Below are positions 18,460 through 28,261 of a DNA stretch of 64,000 bases, piece after piece. The notes beneath the pieces were generated by a model. It was not told the DNA's origin and made no database searches. It saw only the letters and a program-made list of their open reading frames with translations. The DNA lies in NCBI GenBank assembly GCA_045542335.1, contig JAZQKV010000017.1, forward strand, positions 12,169 to 76,168, in the 5' to 3' direction. Position 1 is the stretch's first letter. Each line of letters starts with the position of its first letter. The DNA is from Eubacteriales bacterium. Lineage in GTDB: Bacteria; Bacillota; Clostridia; Oscillospirales; CAG-382. Both the position numbers and the translations under genes were made by a program.

Positions 18460-21400
18460 ATGAAAAAGTCTTTATCTCTTATTCTCAGCATTATCATGAT
18501 TCTCGCTTCGTTCAGCCTTGTGGTTAACGCTGCAGAGCCTGCGAAGTATCAACCCGAAGTCGGAGACGGATATATCCGCTTTGACGCAAGTCAGGTTATC
18601 GGCGGAACGGTTAACCATGTTCCGTCTGCAAATGTTGAAAGAAACGTGACCTTTGAGGGCAAAAACGCCATCAAGTTTACTCCCACTCCCAATGCCGAAG
18701 GTGCGGCAAAGGCAAGCGGTCTTAATATTGACTGCTATTCCCTTGCAAACTATGAGGCAAAGGTTGAAGTGCCAAAGTATAAGTATGTCGGCGTTACATA
18801 TTACTACGCAACGGATGACCCAACATATGCCGGCAAACCATGGTTTAACATTCTCCCCGGCAACACCAAGGCTACGCCAAGCCTTGCGGTTGATGCAAAC
18901 GAGAAAATCGTCACAAATCAGTGGGCAGAGGCATACTTCTCTTTCAGCTCCACAATGAAGGTTAACCAGACTGAAAAGCCCTGGATAAATCAGGTGCATT
19001 TCCGTCCTTTTCCCGGTGTCGGCGTTAGTCAGTTGAAGCCTACCGATGTGCTTTACATAGCTTATTACACCTTCTATGAAAACAATCCCGACCCCAACTC
19101 CAAGGCTACAATTGAGTTCCTTAAGGGCAACCCCGATGCACAGGGCGAAATGGAGCCTCTTGTTGTAAAGACAGGCGAAAAGTATAAGATTCCCTCTGCG
19201 GACTTTATAACTTTCCCTGCACATAAGGCGACCTTCCTTGGCTGGAAGAACAACACCGACGGCAAGATTTATCAGCCCGGCGAGGAGTTTACGGCAGGTG
19301 ACGGAACTATCACCTATACTGCAGAATGGAACATTGAATCCAACGAAGAGTTTATTGCTCTCAACTTCTGCGATTATCAGAACGGTATTGTAAACCGTCA
19401 GCCTACAGGTACGGTTGAAGAGGTTGTTGAGGACGGCAAGAGCTGCGTCAAGGTTGTTCCCAATCCCGAGTCCGAAGCAGGAAAAAGATTTACAATTGAC
19501 GGTTATCAGTATCTTTCGGCGAATATCGACCTCAATGTTTTCCATTGGATTGGAATTGAGTATAAGTACGTTTCCGAAAACCCCGTTGATGCAAGAATGT
19601 ATACCGCTATCATGAGAAACGGAAACCTTTTCCCTGCAGGAAAGAGTGCTCAGGCAGAATCCCTCAACAAGCTTGTTACAAATCAGTGGACAACCGCATG
19701 GTTTGATTACACAATGCTTCCCGAGGTTCTTGACCCTGCAACCGCAGATGACCACAGAATGCGTCAGATGCACATTCGTCCTTTCGGTAACGGCGAACTG
19801 TTCAACTTCAGCAAGGACGACACAATGTATATCAGCCGTGTTATGTTCTTCCGTGAAAAGCCTGACCTCACAACCCACAAGGCATATATGACAGGCTATA
19901 ACGATGCAACCTTTAAGCCTAACAAGACAATGACCCGAGCCGAGGCTTGCACAGTTGTTGCAAGACTTCTCGACACAGAAGAAAATATCGCAAAGAACAC
20001 CACAACTGCGTTTACAGACGTTGCGGCTGACAAGTGGTACACCAAGTATATTTCCTTCTGCGAGGCAAAGGGACTTCTCAAGGCGTACAGCGGAACATTC
20101 CTCTCCGAGCAGAATATTACAAGAGCCGAGTTTGCAGAGCTTGTTTATAACATGGGTCTTGCAAAGGAAGATGCTTCCAATAAAAAGACCTTTAAAGACG
20201 TAACAGAGGCTCATCCAAAGTATGCGGCAATCATGGCGGCGGCTTCCGCAGGACTTATCGGCGGATACGAGGACGGAACATTCCTTCCTGACAGAACAAT
20301 CACTCGTGCACAGGTTGTTACCATTATCAACAGAGCAAGAGGCGTGAGCAGAAAGCCTGAGCAGATTCCCGGCGATATCTACACTCTCTTTGTTGACGTT
20401 GACGGTACACACTGGGCATTTGCCGATATTGCAGAGGCAACTCTTGAGCACGTTGAAATGAACGGCGAATGGACATATGCGGTAGACGACCCCATTAACT
20501 CAATTGTTGAAAAGGTTGGCGAGCAAAAGCTCTTTGATTTTGCAAAGGGTAACGCAAAGGTTGCAGAGTATGATGCACTTGAAGAAAAGAGAATAGAGGA
20601 AATCAGAAACACTCCCAATATGCCTCTTTCCGAAATCAAGGGCAAGGTTTACTATGTATCCTCTTGCGCAGGTGACGACAAGAACGATGGTCTTTCCGAG
20701 GCAACACCTTTTGCTTCTATAAGACGCGCAATATCTTTTGCACGTGCAGGAGATGCTATCCTTCTCAAGAGAGGCGATATGTGGAGAGAAACAATAGCTC
20801 TCGGCAATGACCTCACTCTTTCTGCATACGGCGAAGGTGCAAAGCCTGTTATCAACGCTTCTCCCGAAAACGGCGCAGACCCTGCAAAGTGGACTCTCGT
20901 ATATAAGAACGATCAGACCGGCTCAAAGATCTGGAAGTATGCTAACGAAAAGTTCCTCGACGTCGGAAATATCGTGTTCAATGGCGGCGAAGGCTATGGC
21001 TATAAGGAAGTTCCCACCTGCGTTGGAAATAAGTATGTAGTGAGAGGCACAACAACCCCCTTTGATTACACTGTTGAGCTCAACAGAAACTTCGAGTTCT
21101 TCCACAGAGCAAACTCCGTGGCATCTACAAGAGTGATCGATCCCGGCAGTGCTATCGGTCCTCTCTATCTCAGATGCGACAACGGCAACCCGGGCGACAT
21201 ATTTGATTCCATTGAATTCAGCGTTCATGGCAATGCAATTTCAGCAAAGAGTGGAAATGTCATCGACAACATCTGCATTAAGTATGCAGGCTCTCATGGT
21301 ATTGGTATGGGCACGGTAAAGGATGTGCTTGTTCAGAACTGTGAGCTTGGCTGGATAGGTGGTTCTGTTCAGACATATGACTACCATGGTGCAGGCGGTC

Positions 21401-23409
21401 CTGCGACACGTTTTGGTAACGGCGTTGAAGTTTATGGCGGATGCGACGGCTATGTTGTTGACAACTGCTACATCTATCAGAACTATGACGCAGGCGTAAC
21501 TCATCAGTTTGCGGCAAGTGGCGCAGGAAACATTGACATGAGCAATGTTACCTATTCCAACAACGTTATCACCGATACAGTTTATTCCGTTGAATACTTC
21601 CAGACAGAAGTTCCCGAACATAAGAGAACAGGTAAGAACATTCTCATCGAGGGCAACCTCTTCAGACGTGCAGGCTACGGCTTCGGTTCAACCCGTCCCG
21701 ACGGTCACAATCAGGGGCACATCCGTTCCGGAGGAACCTCAAACCCCTTTGAAAACTTTGTTATAAGAAACAACGTGTTTGACCGTTCCGTTCAGTATCT
21801 CGTTCAGGCGCAGACCTCTCATGATGCTTATAAGCCCAAGATGCAGGGTAACATCTACATTCAGGGCAAGGACAACCACGCATTCACATTCGGTGTTCCC
21901 TCTATTAAGATTTATGCCGATGCAGGCACACCCGGCAGAGTCAAGGGCTTCCTTGGCGATGCAACAGGCGTGTTCTACTATGTGGAAAACATCCCTTACT
22001 ACGAATTCAAGTTTGATTACGCAAAGACAAGCGACAAGGAATATCCCGTTGTTTCCGAAAATCCCCTTGATTACACAAGCGGTTCTTCAACAACCCCAGC
22101 AACCCCCGCAGAACCCGAAGTTAAGGAAGAAATCTTTGCACCTTACTTTGTAAGAAATGCTGAAGGCACAGAAAAGAAGGACGCAAAGACAAAGCTTTAT
22201 GCTGACCTTCGTGCTTCCATGAATCCCGAAATCAAGACGGATTCCGCAACAGGTGCAAAGTATCTCCATATCACAATCAACAATACAACAAATGCCATCG
22301 TACTTGACTGCCACGGCCTTAATCCTCTTATCCCCATAAAGGATGGGCAGGTAGTGTTCAAGGCACTTGTCAGAACAAATCACTCCGCAAAGCCCACTAT
22401 GACCTACTACCACATCAAGGATGCTGAGGGAACAGAGTTTACCGGTAAGAGTGTCGGCAAGTCCGGCGAAGCCCATAAGGCAGACGGTAAATGGGAAGAG
22501 GTTTACATGGTTGCAAGCGGTCTTGATGCAGGATATGCAACCGCAGGACAGATTCATTTCTTCCCTTGGGGAAGCGGCGTAAAAGGACAGTCCTTCTACA
22601 ACGAGGACGGCACACCTAAGCAGGCAGACCTCTACTACGATGTTGCCGCATGGGCAATGTTCCCCAACCTCTCCTCCGCAAAGGCATATGACCTTTCCGC
22701 AAACACAGGTGCAACAGGCTCTCTTGTAGGCGCAACAGGCACAACAACACCTTCTGACCCTGCAACACCCTCTACACCTGCAACTCCTTCCACACCCTCT
22801 GCACCTGCTGTCAGCGGTGAGATTTCTGCGCCCTACTTTGTAAGAACAGCAATCGGCACAGAAAAGAAGGACATAAAGACACAGCTTTATGCCGACATAA
22901 GAGCTTCCATGAACAATGCCGTAATGACAGACCCCGAAACAGGCTATAAGTTTGTACGTACAACCCTTAATCCCACATCCAATTCTATTCTCTATGACTG
23001 TTTCGGACTTTCTCCCATTCCGCTTACAAGTGGTCAGGTTGTGTTCAAGGTGCTTATCAGAACAAATCATTCCGCAACTCCTTTCCTCAACTTCTATGGC
23101 CTTGCTGATTCCGAAGGAAACAAAGTGAGTGGCAAGAGTGTAAGCGGAGGTGCGGCAGAAGCTCTTGTTGCAGATGATAAGTGGCACGAAGTTGTTATCA
23201 CGATAAAGAACAATCATACCGTAGTTGCTTCCTCTACCCAGATTCACTTTATGCCCTGGGGCGGCGCAGTAAAAGGAAACAGCTTCTTTGATGAGGACGG
23301 AAATTGTCTTACAAATCCCGAACCTTATTTCGATGTTGCCGCATGGGCGGTATTCCCCAACGAAGCTTCTGCAAAGGCATACAGCTTTGAAAAGGATATT
23401 ATCGGTTAA
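18460..23409 (+). CDS. S-layer-anchored multidomain protein (beta-helix paralogue 1)
   Basis: The domain order is as follows.
- Signal peptide MKKSLSLILSIIMILASFSLVVNA.
- Module A with QVHFRPFPG.
- TFLGWKNNTDGKIYQPGEEFTAGDGTITYTAEW (InlB-B/Flg_new-type repeat).
- Module B with QMHIRPFGNG.
- Three SLH-like repeats (about 19882-20345).
- Beta-helix core with YYVSSCAGDDKNDG, GSHGIGMG, WIGGSVQ, RFGNGVEVYGGC and YDAGVTHQ.
- Two C-terminal modules separated by a P/T/S linker. Confidence 0.85.
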   Translation: MKKSLSLILSIIMILASFSLVVNAAEPAKYQPEVGDGYIRFDASQVIGGTVNHVPSANVERNVTFEGKNAIKFTPTPNAEGAAKASGLNIDCYSLANYEAKVEVPKYKYVGVTYYYATDDPTYAGKPWFNILPGNTKATPSLAVDANEKIVTNQWAEAYFSFSSTMKVNQTEKPWINQVHFRPFPGVGVSQLKPTDVLYIAYYTFYENNPDPNSKATIEFLKGNPDAQGEMEPLVVKTGEKYKIPSADFITFPAHKATFLGWKNNTDGKIYQPGEEFTAGDGTITYTAEWNIESNEEFIALNFCDYQNGIVNRQPTGTVEEVVEDGKSCVKVVPNPESEAGKRFTIDGYQYLSANIDLNVFHWIGIEYKYVSENPVDARMYTAIMRNGNLFPAGKSAQAESLNKLVTNQWTTAWFDYTMLPEVLDPATADDHRMRQMHIRPFGNGELFNFSKDDTMYISRVMFFREKPDLTTHKAYMTGYNDATFKPNKTMTRAEACTVVARLLDTEENIAKNTTTAFTDVAADKWYTKYISFCEAKGLLKAYSGTFLSEQNITRAEFAELVYNMGLAKEDASNKKTFKDVTEAHPKYAAIMAAASAGLIGGYEDGTFLPDRTITRAQVVTIINRARGVSRKPEQIPGDIYTLFVDVDGTHWAFADIAEATLEHVEMNGEWTYAVDDPINSIVEKVGEQKLFDFAKGNAKVAEYDALEEKRIEEIRNTPNMPLSEIKGKVYYVSSCAGDDKNDGLSEATPFASIRRAISFARAGDAILLKRGDMWRETIALGNDLTLSAYGEGAKPVINASPENGADPAKWTLVYKNDQTGSKIWKYANEKFLDVGNIVFNGGEGYGYKEVPTCVGNKYVVRGTTTPFDYTVELNRNFEFFHRANSVASTRVIDPGSAIGPLYLRCDNGNPGDIFDSIEFSVHGNAISAKSGNVIDNICIKYAGSHGIGMGTVKDVLVQNCELGWIGGSVQTYDYHGAGGPATRFGNGVEVYGGCDGYVVDNCYIYQNYDAGVTHQFAASGAGNIDMSNVTYSNNVITDTVYSVEYFQTEVPEHKRTGKNILIEGNLFRRAGYGFGSTRPDGHNQGHIRSGGTSNPFENFVIRNNVFDRSVQYLVQAQTSHDAYKPKMQGNIYIQGKDNHAFTFGVPSIKIYADAGTPGRVKGFLGDATGVFYYVENIPYYEFKFDYAKTSDKEYPVVSENPLDYTSGSSTTPATPAEPEVKEEIFAPYFVRNAEGTEKKDAKTKLYADLRASMNPEIKTDSATGAKYLHITINNTTNAIVLDCHGLNPLIPIKDGQVVFKALVRTNHSAKPTMTYYHIKDAEGTEFTGKSVGKSGEAHKADGKWEEVYMVASGLDAGYATAGQIHFFPWGSGVKGQSFYNEDGTPKQADLYYDVAAWAMFPNLSSAKAYDLSANTGATGSLVGATGTTTPSDPATPSTPATPSTPSAPAVSGEISAPYFVRTAIGTEKKDIKTQLYADIRASMNNAVMTDPETGYKFVRTTLNPTSNSILYDCFGLSPIPLTSGQVVFKVLIRTNHSATPFLNFYGLADSEGNKVSGKSVSGGAAEALVADDKWHEVVITIKNNHTVVASSTQIHFMPWGGAVKGNSFFDEDGNCLTNPEPYFDVAAWAVFPNEASAKAYSFEKDIIG

Positions 23410-23426
23410 AATGCCATATATTCCGA

Positions 23427-23458
23427 GAAAAACCGTCTAAGGACGGTTTTTCTTTTTG
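23427..23458 (+). terminator. Intrinsic terminator after paralogue 1
   Basis: An 11-bp stem (gaaaaaccgtc / gacggtttttc) with loop taag is followed by tttttg. Confidence 0.75.
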
Positions 23459-23798
23459 TGGAAAGATCATTAAAAGGTGTTAGAAAAAGACACTTTTTCA
23501 AAGATTTTGAGTTTTTTTCTGCTTTTGAAAACCGCTTTTTCGGTTTTTATCAAAAATGCACATTTTGACAGTAACAATTATTGAAATATGACATTTTCAA
23601 CTTGATAAGTTAATATTTTTAGTGTAGAATGAATATATGGTGTTTTGTTCATCATGCAAAAAAAGGCTTGAACAATCAAGGCTTTATTTGGCATTGTGCA
23701 AAAAGAATTGGCGGTTTGCGGTGTCAATTCCATGTGCGAATGTTTCAGATAAACACCGGCTTCAAGCTATTATCTCATTTCAGAAAGGAAAGTGAACA

Positions 23799-26700
23799 AT
23801 GAAAAGATTCACAAGTGCGGTACTTTGTGTACTCATGATTCTCTCATGCTTTACTTTTGTTGCCTCTGCAGCTGAGGGAAAGTATGCACCCGAAGTTGGC
23901 GACGGATATATCCGTTTCGACTACAACCAGATTGCCTGCGGCTTTGTAAACCACAAAAAGTATGGTGTAATGGAAAAGAACATGGAGATTGACGGCGTAA
24001 AGGCTGTTAAGTTTACTCCTGCTCCCACAGAAGAGGATGCTGCGGCTTCAACAACATATTCCCTCGACTGCTGGAATCTTGCAAACTATGAGGCTAAGGT
24101 TGAAGTTCCAAAGTATAAGTATGTTGGCGTAAAGTATTACTACGCAACAGATAACCCCACATTTAATGATAAGATGGAATTCAACATTCTCCCCGGTAAC
24201 ACAAAGGCAACCGACAGCCTCACCGTTAAGTCCGCAAAGCCGGTTGTTACAAATCAGTGGGCAGAGGCGATTTTCGATTTCAGCTCTGTAATGAAGCTTA
24301 AGGAAACGGATAAACCCTGGATAAACCAGGCACATTTCCGTCCTTTCCCGGGCATGGCTCCCTCGTTGCTCAAGGCAGAGGACGTGCTTTATATTGCGGA
24401 GTATTCTTTCTATGAAAGAAATCCCGACCCCAACGCACGCGTGACAATCACGTTCCAAAAGGGTGATCCCGGTGCAATCGGTGAGGTTGCTCCTATTGAA
24501 GTTAAGCCCGGAGAAAAGTACACTCTCCCTGAGCCTGCATATACCTTTGAGGGTTACGCAGCCGAGTTCAAGGGTTGGCAGCGTTCCTCCGACAGCGAAA
24601 TCTTCCCTGCAGGAACAGAGTTTGTTGCAGATGGTGGACTTTCCTTCAAGGCACTCTGGGAAATCGAAACAGACAAGAGTTTCATCTCCATAGATTTCAA
24701 GGACTATGAAGACGGTATTGTTAACCACAAAAAAACCGCTACCATCGAAATCGTTGAATTTGAAGGCAAGAACGTTGTTAAGGTAACTCCCGACCCAACA
24801 TCCACAGAAGCAAAGCAGATTTCTCTTGACGGTTGGAGCTATGAGGGCGCAGGAATTGACCTTGGTGTGTTCAAATATTTTGCAATTGAATATAAGTACG
24901 TTTCCAAGAAACCTGTTGATGAAAACATGGTTATTGCGATCATGACCAACGGCGGAATCCTCACAAAGTCCCCCTCCGCAAACTCAACAACAAAGATTGT
25001 TGAGGGTCAGTGGACTCTCGCTTTGTTTGAGTTCCCCGGTATTGATGAGCTTCTCGCTCCCAACAAGACTGTTCACAACATGAAGCAGATGCACATCCGT
25101 CCCTGGGGTACAACTGAGCTTTCCGCAATTCACCCCGAAGACAGAATGTATATCGGAAGCATCATGTTCTTCCGTGACAAGCCTGAACTTGTTGAGCATA
25201 ACGCATATATGACAGGCTATAATGATGCCTCTTTCAAGCCTAACAAGACAATGACAAGAGCCGAGGCTTGCACAGTTGTTGCAAGACTTCTCGACACAGA
25301 AGAAAACATCGCAAAGAACACCACCACCTTATTTACAGACGTTGCGGCAGATAAGTGGTACACCAAGTATATTTCTTTCTGCGAAGCAAAGGGACTTCTT
25401 AAGTCTTACAGCGGAACTTTCCTCCCCGAGCAGAATATTACAAGAGCCGAATTTGCAGAGCTTGTTTATAACATGGGCCTTGCAAAGGAAGATGCGGCAA
25501 ATAAGAAGACCTTTACAGACGTAACCGAGGCTCATCCCAAGTACGCCGCAATTATGGCAGCGGCAAGCGCAGGTCTCATTGGTGGCTACGAGGACGGAAC
25601 ATTCCTTCCCGACAGAACAATCACCCGTGCACAGGTTGTGACAATCATCAACCGTGCAAAGGGCATTTCCAAGAAGGCAGAAAATATCACCGATTCCGTT
25701 GACGTTATATTCACCGACGTTGATGCAACGCATTGGGCGTTTGCTGACATTGCAGAGGCAACAGTTCCTCATGCCGAGCTTGACGGAAGCTGGGTATATT
25801 GCATTGAAGATCCCCTCGTAAAGGTGCTTGAGCACATGGACGAGGACGAAATCATAAACATCGAAGCAGGTAAGGCAAAGGTTGCAGAGCTCGATGCACT
25901 TGAAGCAAAGAGAATTGAGGAAATCAGAAATACTCCCTCAATGGACCTCTCTCACATCACAGGCAAGAAGATTTACGTTTCCAACAACGGTAAGGATACA
26001 AACGACGGTCTCACTCCCGAAACAGCGGTTGCTTCCATTTCCAAGGCTATGGGTATGGCAGGTGCAGGCGGTGCGGTGCTTCTCGAAAGAGGCGGATTCT
26101 GGAGAACTAAGTTCACAGTTCCCGCAGGCGTAACAGTTACCGCATACGGCGAAGGCGCAAAGCCTACTATCTACGGCTCTCCCGAGGATGGTGCAGACCC
26201 TGCAAAGTGGGCTCTCGTTTATAAGGATGACTCAACTGGTGCGAAGATCTGGAAGTATGCAAACGAGGGCATGACAGACGTTGGTACTCTTGTATTCAAC
26301 CACGGCGAAGGCTTTGCCATGAAGGAAATCCCCACAAGCAAGGGCAAGAAATTCGTTGTCAGAGGCACAGACGATGTTGAGTTCGATTATAAGAAAGAGC
26401 TTGACAAGAACTTTGAGTTCTTCCACAGGGCAAACTCCGTTGTCAGCGGAAATATCATCAACGCAAGTACGGCTGTAGGTCCTCTCTATTTCAGATGCGA
26501 CAACGGCAACCCCGGTGAAGTGTTCGACTCCATTGAGTTCAACACCAAGGGCAATATCATTAGTGCAAATAACAATGTGACAGTTGACAACCTCTGCATC
26601 ATGTATGGCGGAAGCCACGGTATCGGTATGGGTACTGTAAAGAACGTAAAGTTCACAAACCTTGAGGTGGGTTGGATTGGCGGCTCAATTCAGAGCTACA

Positions 26701-28001
26701 ACGCAAACAGCACAACCGACGGCAGGGCAACACGTTTTGGCAACGGTATTGAAGTTTACGGCGGATGCGACGGCTACACAATCGACAACTGCTATGTTTA
26801 CCAGTGCTATGACGCAGGCGTTACACATCAGCTTTCCGGCAGCGCAACCGGTGACTACAGAGAAGACAACGTAACCTACTCCAACAACGTAATCACCGAG
26901 TGCGTATACTCAATTGAATACTTCCTCGGTCTCAACGGTGCATATGTAAGAGAAGGAAAGAACATCCTCTTTGAGGGCAACCTCCTCAGACGTGCAGGCT
27001 TTGGCTTTGGTTCATTCCGTCCCGACGGCAACAACCAGAGACACATCAGAGGCGGCAGCGGAAACCAGTTTGAAAACTACGTTATCAGAAACAACATTTT
27101 CGACCGTTCCGTATATGAGCTTGTTCAGACAACAACCGTTCACCCTGCATATGTTCCCAAATATGAGGGTAACACATATATCCAGGGTCTCGGCAACAGA
27201 GTTTACTATTCCGGCGTTCCCGCAATGGGTGCAAACGCAGACCTTCTTATCGAAAACAAGATAAGACGCAGACTTGGCGACGAAACCGCAAAGTTCTATT
27301 TTGTTGAAAACGTTCCCTATTGGACGTATGACTATGTAAACCCCAAGACAAGCGACAAGGAATATCCTGTTGTCGCAGACGTTGACGGCGGCGCAGCTCC
27401 TGTGGCCCCTGCAGTTCCTGCAGAACCCGAAGAAGTTAAAGATCCTTACTTCGTGAGAACTGCCGCAGGCAAGGAAGCAAAGGACAGCAAGACACAGCTT
27501 TATGCCGCTGCAAGAGACTCTATGAATGTAGAGTTCAAGACGGATGCTGACAGCGGTATCAAGTACGCCCATGTAACCACCACCGGCAAAGAAAGTACAT
27601 ACAACATGGACTGCTATGGTCTTAATCCTGTTATTCCCTTTGAAAATGGAAAAGCAGTAATAAAAGTTCTCATGAGAACAAATGCAACACACTCAACAAA
27701 TCCCGCTATTGTTTTCTACCATCTCATGCAGGAGGACGAAACAGAGGCAACGGGTAAATCTGTTGAAGCAAAGCTCAGTGCATACCCTGCATCAGATGGA
27801 ACATGGCAGGAAATGTATTTTGTTGCGGAAAATGTAAGCTATGTAAGCTCAAGCCAGATTCACCTGCTCTTTGCAGGCAGAACTGCAAAGGGTACGGACT
27901 TTAAGGAAGGTCAGTACTATGACGTTGCGGCATGGGCGGCATTTCCCAACCTCACCTCTGCAAAGGCATATGACCTTAAAAAGGACTGTGTTGCAAAGTA
28001 A
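23799..28001 (+). CDS. S-layer-anchored multidomain protein with the same architecture as paralogue 1 but one C-terminal module (beta-helix paralogue 2)
   Basis: Signal peptide MKRFTSAVLCVLMILSCFTFVASA. The protein is colinear with 18460-23409 throughout, and its SLH triplet at about 25203-25666 is nearly identical to that of paralogue 1. The core has GSHGIGMG, WIGGSIQ, RFGNGIEVYGGC and YDAGVTHQ. Confidence 0.85.
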   Translation: MKRFTSAVLCVLMILSCFTFVASAAEGKYAPEVGDGYIRFDYNQIACGFVNHKKYGVMEKNMEIDGVKAVKFTPAPTEEDAAASTTYSLDCWNLANYEAKVEVPKYKYVGVKYYYATDNPTFNDKMEFNILPGNTKATDSLTVKSAKPVVTNQWAEAIFDFSSVMKLKETDKPWINQAHFRPFPGMAPSLLKAEDVLYIAEYSFYERNPDPNARVTITFQKGDPGAIGEVAPIEVKPGEKYTLPEPAYTFEGYAAEFKGWQRSSDSEIFPAGTEFVADGGLSFKALWEIETDKSFISIDFKDYEDGIVNHKKTATIEIVEFEGKNVVKVTPDPTSTEAKQISLDGWSYEGAGIDLGVFKYFAIEYKYVSKKPVDENMVIAIMTNGGILTKSPSANSTTKIVEGQWTLALFEFPGIDELLAPNKTVHNMKQMHIRPWGTTELSAIHPEDRMYIGSIMFFRDKPELVEHNAYMTGYNDASFKPNKTMTRAEACTVVARLLDTEENIAKNTTTLFTDVAADKWYTKYISFCEAKGLLKSYSGTFLPEQNITRAEFAELVYNMGLAKEDAANKKTFTDVTEAHPKYAAIMAAASAGLIGGYEDGTFLPDRTITRAQVVTIINRAKGISKKAENITDSVDVIFTDVDATHWAFADIAEATVPHAELDGSWVYCIEDPLVKVLEHMDEDEIINIEAGKAKVAELDALEAKRIEEIRNTPSMDLSHITGKKIYVSNNGKDTNDGLTPETAVASISKAMGMAGAGGAVLLERGGFWRTKFTVPAGVTVTAYGEGAKPTIYGSPEDGADPAKWALVYKDDSTGAKIWKYANEGMTDVGTLVFNHGEGFAMKEIPTSKGKKFVVRGTDDVEFDYKKELDKNFEFFHRANSVVSGNIINASTAVGPLYFRCDNGNPGEVFDSIEFNTKGNIISANNNVTVDNLCIMYGGSHGIGMGTVKNVKFTNLEVGWIGGSIQSYNANSTTDGRATRFGNGIEVYGGCDGYTIDNCYVYQCYDAGVTHQLSGSATGDYREDNVTYSNNVITECVYSIEYFLGLNGAYVREGKNILFEGNLLRRAGFGFGSFRPDGNNQRHIRGGSGNQFENYVIRNNIFDRSVYELVQTTTVHPAYVPKYEGNTYIQGLGNRVYYSGVPAMGANADLLIENKIRRRLGDETAKFYFVENVPYWTYDYVNPKTSDKEYPVVADVDGGAAPVAPAVPAEPEEVKDPYFVRTAAGKEAKDSKTQLYAAARDSMNVEFKTDADSGIKYAHVTTTGKESTYNMDCYGLNPVIPFENGKAVIKVLMRTNATHSTNPAIVFYHLMQEDETEATGKSVEAKLSAYPASDGTWQEMYFVAENVSYVSSSQIHLLFAGRTAKGTDFKEGQYYDVAAWAAFPNLTSAKAYDLKKDCVAK

Positions 28002-28023
28002 GGCGTAATAAAGCTTGATTTTT

Positions 28024-28058
28024 CAGAGCCATTCCTCGTGAGGGAGTGGCTCTGTTTT
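28024..28058 (+). terminator. Intrinsic terminator after paralogue 2
   Basis: An imperfect stem (cagagcca...tggctctg) is followed by ttttga. Confidence 0.6.
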
Positions 28059-28205
28059 GATGAAAAAACCTTCTGTGAATGATGAAAATGCGGTTTTCTT
28101 CACAAAAGGCAGACAGTCAGAATTGACAAGAAGATTGTACAGTATTTTTCGCCGGCTTCAGAACGGTAATTTTCTCGAGAAATATAAAAAAATTCCTGTT
28201 TTCTA

Positions 28206-28234
28206 TTGACAAAGGCACAATGATATTGTAAAAT
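28206..28234 (+). promoter_or_regulatory. Sigma-A promoter of the stand-alone beta-helix gene
   Basis: TTGACA-N17-TAAAAT lies about 30-50 nt upstream of the candidate starts at 28262 and 28286. Confidence 0.55.
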
Positions 28235-28261
28235 ATAAGTGGTGATATTTCATCGCATTGA

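Noticed and set aside
18472-20451. Very long antisense ORFs opposite real genes. Examples are 659 aa at 18472-20451, 386 aa at 22087-23247, 318 aa at 46540-47496, 289 aa at 44017-44886, 277 aa at 56978-57811 and 253 aa at 53893-54654.
   Set aside because: These are shadow ORFs. Every long, well-supported sense gene in the window has one in the same relative frame, which fits a codon bias that avoids the sense codons (TTA, CTA, TCA) whose complements are stop codons. The antisense products are Cys-rich and low-complexity with no RBS or recognisable motif, whereas the sense frames carry clear domain signatures.
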